Below, in pieces: positions 57,649 through 64,000 of a DNA stretch of 64,000 bases. Position numbers and translations under genes: made by a program. The first letter of the stretch is position 1, and each line of letters opens with the position of its first letter. Origin of the DNA: the human T2T-CHM13v2.0 reference genome, Homo sapiens; assembly GCF_009914755.1 (NCBI RefSeq), contig NC_060931.1. One strand, 5' to 3'. The notes beneath the pieces are model-generated. The model made no database searches. It was given only the letters and a program-made list of their open reading frames with translations, and was not told the origin of the DNA.

Positions 57649-59704
57649 TTTTTTTAAGCCGGGTGGGGTAAGCCACTGCTCATGCCTGTGATCTCAGCAT
57701 TTTGGGAGGCCAAAGCAGAAAGATTGCTTGAGGCCAAGAATTCAGGACCAACCTTGGCATGGTGAAACCCCATCTATACAAAAAATTTTAAAATTAGCCA
57801 GGCATGGTGGCATGCGCCTGCAGTCCCATCTCCTCAGGAGGCTGAAGCAGGAAGATCGCTTGAGCCCAGGAGTTGGAGGCTACAATGAGCTATGATGGCA
57901 CCACCGCACTCCAGCCTAGGCGACAGAGTGAGACCCTCTCTTAAAAAAAAAAAAAAAGACAAGGGCCAGGTACGGTGGCTCACGCCTGTTAATCCCAGCA
58001 CTTTGGGAGGCCAAAGCAAGTGGATCACCTGAGGTCAGGAGTTCCAGACCAGCCTGGCCAACATGGTGAAACCCCATCTCTATTAAAAATAAAACAAATG
58101 AGCAGGGGGTGGTGGTACACGCTTGTAATCCGAGCTACTCGGGAGGCTGAGCCATGAGAATCACTTGAACCCGGGAGGCAGAGGCTGCAGTGAGCCGAGA
58201 TTGTGCCACTGTACTCCGGCCTGGGTGACAGAGCAAGACTCTGTCTGAAAAAGGAAAAGAGAAGAAGAAAGAAGAAAGAAGAAGAAGAGGAGGAAGAGGA
58301 GGAGGAGGAGAAGGAAGAGGAGGAGGAGGGAAATGAAACAGAAGAAATGACTTTTTAGGCATTGGTGCATAGTTAGGAGGAGTCCCATTCTTGAAGCCTT
58401 GTTTCTGCCGCGTGTCTGGCATCTACATTTGCGTGTCCCAGCTGGGATGCTGTGCGTCACAAGTCACAAAACAAGCGAGACCTCGGATAGGAGCAATGAA
58501 TGCCTCCTATCCCCTCCTGCCGATGAGGGAAACTGAGGCTCATGGGCTGGGGACCTTCCCAAGGTCACAGGGCCTATGGGGGCAGGACTGTCCTGGAGCC
58601 CAGCTGGGCTCTGGGCTGATTTCCCGACACAGAACTCCTGCTCTGGTGATTTCTCGGACCTCCAGAAGATGGAAGTCAAACAGAAGTAGTAAGCAAAGCC
58701 AAGCCCTGCATGCCATGGCATCTGCCCTGACCTTGACTTCTATGGCCCTTGCTCTGACCCCACAGGTCCAGGCCTCGCTGTCCACTGCACCGGGACACAC
58801 CTGTCCCCAGGTACCAGCGACACCTCTGCCCCAGCCAGGCTCAGACAGCCACTGGTAACCACAGCTCCCAGGAGGCTGGGGCTGGGCCTGTCCAGGGTCC
58901 ATGGCCTGCCGCCCTCTTCCTGGCCCCAGCCTGCTGTTGACCTTCGAGCCGACCTTGGCAATGGAATCTTTAGGGCCGCAGAGGGGACCCCCGAAGTGAA
59001 ACTCAAGCCTAGAAATGGATTTTCTGTTTCTCCAAGAGCAAAAGATGTTGAATAAAAAATTAGTTACTATTTTTACTGTCGGGATCCAGTTGTTATGGCA
59101 ACTGAGGGCCTGACTCCTGCTCAGGAGGAGGCGGGGTTGGAGTATGATGAGGGAGAAGGCAGGGATGGGGCTTGGGGCAGGCACCAGCTGGGGGACAAGC
59201 TGGTGCAGGCGGCAGGTCTGCCCCTCCAGACAGAAGTCTCCCCGTCTGCTCGCCTGATTGTGCTCACCTGACTGTGTTCCTAATGACCCTGTCTCCCTTT
59301 AGCCACACTCACCTCCTGCCACCTCTGAGGGCTCCAGCTTGGCCCAGCCTGGTCACCTAAGCCTCTCTCTCCACTGCCTCTGGGAGTGGGTGGTCGTGCC
59401 CTCATCTCCAGATGAAAACCGAGGCCCCTGCCTCAGGGACAACTCACACTGAGTAGATCACTCCATCAACCTCACCTGGCCAAAACCCTCCCTCAGTCCC
59501 TGCTCTCCGTCTCAAGGTAGCACCAGTAGCCACCAGGGCCAGGTTGATGGCAATTGAAAGTTTTGCAGGTTTGCCAGGAGTGGTGGCTCACACCAGTAAT
59601 CCTAGCACGTGAGGAGGCCAAGGTGGGAGGATCACTTGAGGCCAGGAGTTCAAGACCAGCAGCATAGCGGGACCCCATCTCTACAACAAATTAAAAATTA
59701 GCTA

Positions 59705-59836
<132 letters not shown>

Positions 59837-59845
59837 CTATCTCTA

Positions 59846-60411
<566 letters not shown>

Positions 60412-61265
60412 TTAGAGAGACAGGGGCCATCCTAGGGATGCAACCTTGAGCGGCTGGAAACGAGGTTCGTGTTTGTTCAAGTTTTTATGGGCCAAGGCTG
60501 AGGCCCAGCTGAGAAAGCGCTCAAAAGAGCCGGGCTGGAGTTTGGCCAAGGAGAGTGTCTTTGCCGGCGGCCTGGGGGTGGCCCTAGGACGGGGAAACAA
60601 CGTTGCCTGGGGTATTAGGGTCTGAAGGAAGTCAGGGAAGTCTTCTCAGCTGAGTCTTGCAAGATGGCTGGAAAACGAGCAGGAGGACAAGAAGGAGCAG
60701 GTGAGAAAAAGGCATCCAGGTGGGGAAGTGAGTTCCAAGCAAAGGGAACAGCATCAACAGCACCTGTAGGCAGGCATGGTAGCTCACGCCTGTAATCCCA
60801 GCATTTGGGAGGCCAAGGCAGGCGGATCACTTGAGATCAGGAGTTCAAGACCAGCCTGGCCAACATGGCGAAACCCCACCTCTACTAAATATACAAAAAT
60901 TAGCCAGGCATGATGGCAGGTGCCTGTAATCCCAGCACTTTGGGAGGTCAAGGCAGGAGGATCACTTGAGGTCAAGAGTGTGAGACCAGCCTGGCAAACA
61001 TAGAGAAAACCTGTCTCTACTAAAAATACAAAAATTAGCCAGATGCGGTGGCGTACGCCTGTAGTCCCCACAGCTACTGGGAGGCTGAGGCAGGAGAATC
61101 GCTTGAACGCTTGAACCTGGGAGGCAGAGGTTGCAGATCACACCACTGCACTCCAGCCTGGGGGACAGAGAGAGACTCTGTCTCAAAAAAAAAAAAAAAA
61201 AGAAAGAAAAAAGAAAGAAAACACAATACCCACATTTGTGTCAGGTTATGGCATACAGAACCTGA

Positions 61266-61430
<165 letters not shown>

Positions 61431-61626
61431 TAGGATCACAGATGCACACCATGACACACCGCTAATCTTTTAATTTTTTGTAGAGACAAGGTCTCACTGT
61501 GTTGCCCAGGCTGATCCCAAACTCCTGGGCTCAAGCGATCCTCCTTCCTCAGCCTCCCAAAGTGCTGGGGTTACAGGCATGAGCCACCCCGCCCGGCCTT
61601 GACTCCCTTTTTGATGTTTAACTGCT

Positions 61627-62860
<1,234 letters not shown>

Positions 62861-63046
62861 TTGGTCTTATTTTATTTTTATTTCAGAGACAGGGTCTGGT
62901 TCTGTCACCTGGTATGATCACAGCTCACTATAGCCCTGAACTCCTGGGTGCAAACCATCCTCCCACCTCAGCCTCCCTAGTAGCTGGGACTACAAGTGCA
63001 CACCATCATGCCTGGCTACTTTTTTTTTTTTTTTTGTAGAGAATGA

Positions 63047-63740
<694 letters not shown>

Positions 63741-64000
63741 TCAAGCTCCTGGTCTCAAGTGGTCCTCCCACCTCAGCCTCCCACTGGGATTACAGTCATG
63801 TCAGTGTACCCGGCCTATTTTTATTTTTAATTTTTAATTTTTAATTTTTTTGTAGAAACATGCTATGTTGTTTAGGCTGGTCTCAAACTCCTAGTCTCAA
63901 GCAATCCTCCCATCTCAGCCTCTCAAAGCACTGGGATCATAGGTGTAGGCCACCATGCCTGGCTTTGTTCTATTTTTAAATCTTTTTTTTTTTTTTTTTT

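Noticed and set aside
58427-58437. atttgcgtgtc match to antisense U6 snRNA
   Set aside because: Only 11 nt match and the flanks do not, so it is chance.

Overview
Primate (human-like) genomic DNA containing one complete protein-coding gene on the minus strand: MMD2 (PAQR10), a 7-TM PAQR/haemolysin-III family membrane protein. I reconstructed seven coding exons with canonical GT-AG boundaries and consistent phases: 54305-54259, 20792-20711, 15598-15438, 11351-11277, 6514-6413, 5218-5149 and 2865-2662. They total 741 nt (246 aa + TGA). An in-frame alternative acceptor at 5290 adds 24 aa (270 aa). The promoter is a CpG island at about 53.9-54.8 kb, followed by a 1.2-kb G-rich minisatellite, and the 3' UTR ends near an ATTAAA at 1277-1282. 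The rest is very Alu-rich (about half the window by eye), with MaLR/MER21 LTRs, old L1/L2/MIR fragments, hAT DNA transposons and microsatellites; nearly all other ORFs in the track are Alu or low-complexity artefacts. I see no convincing new multi-gene system. The best unexplained signals are a near-perfect 45-63 bp hairpin in intron 1, an overlapping uORF whose stop overlaps an internal Met (AUGA) only after splicing, an L2-like 54-bp tandem array carrying seven sense AATAAA hexamers, a sense-strand (GAA)25 in intron 1, a G4-prone VNTR beside the promoter and an RFX/CRE composite element.
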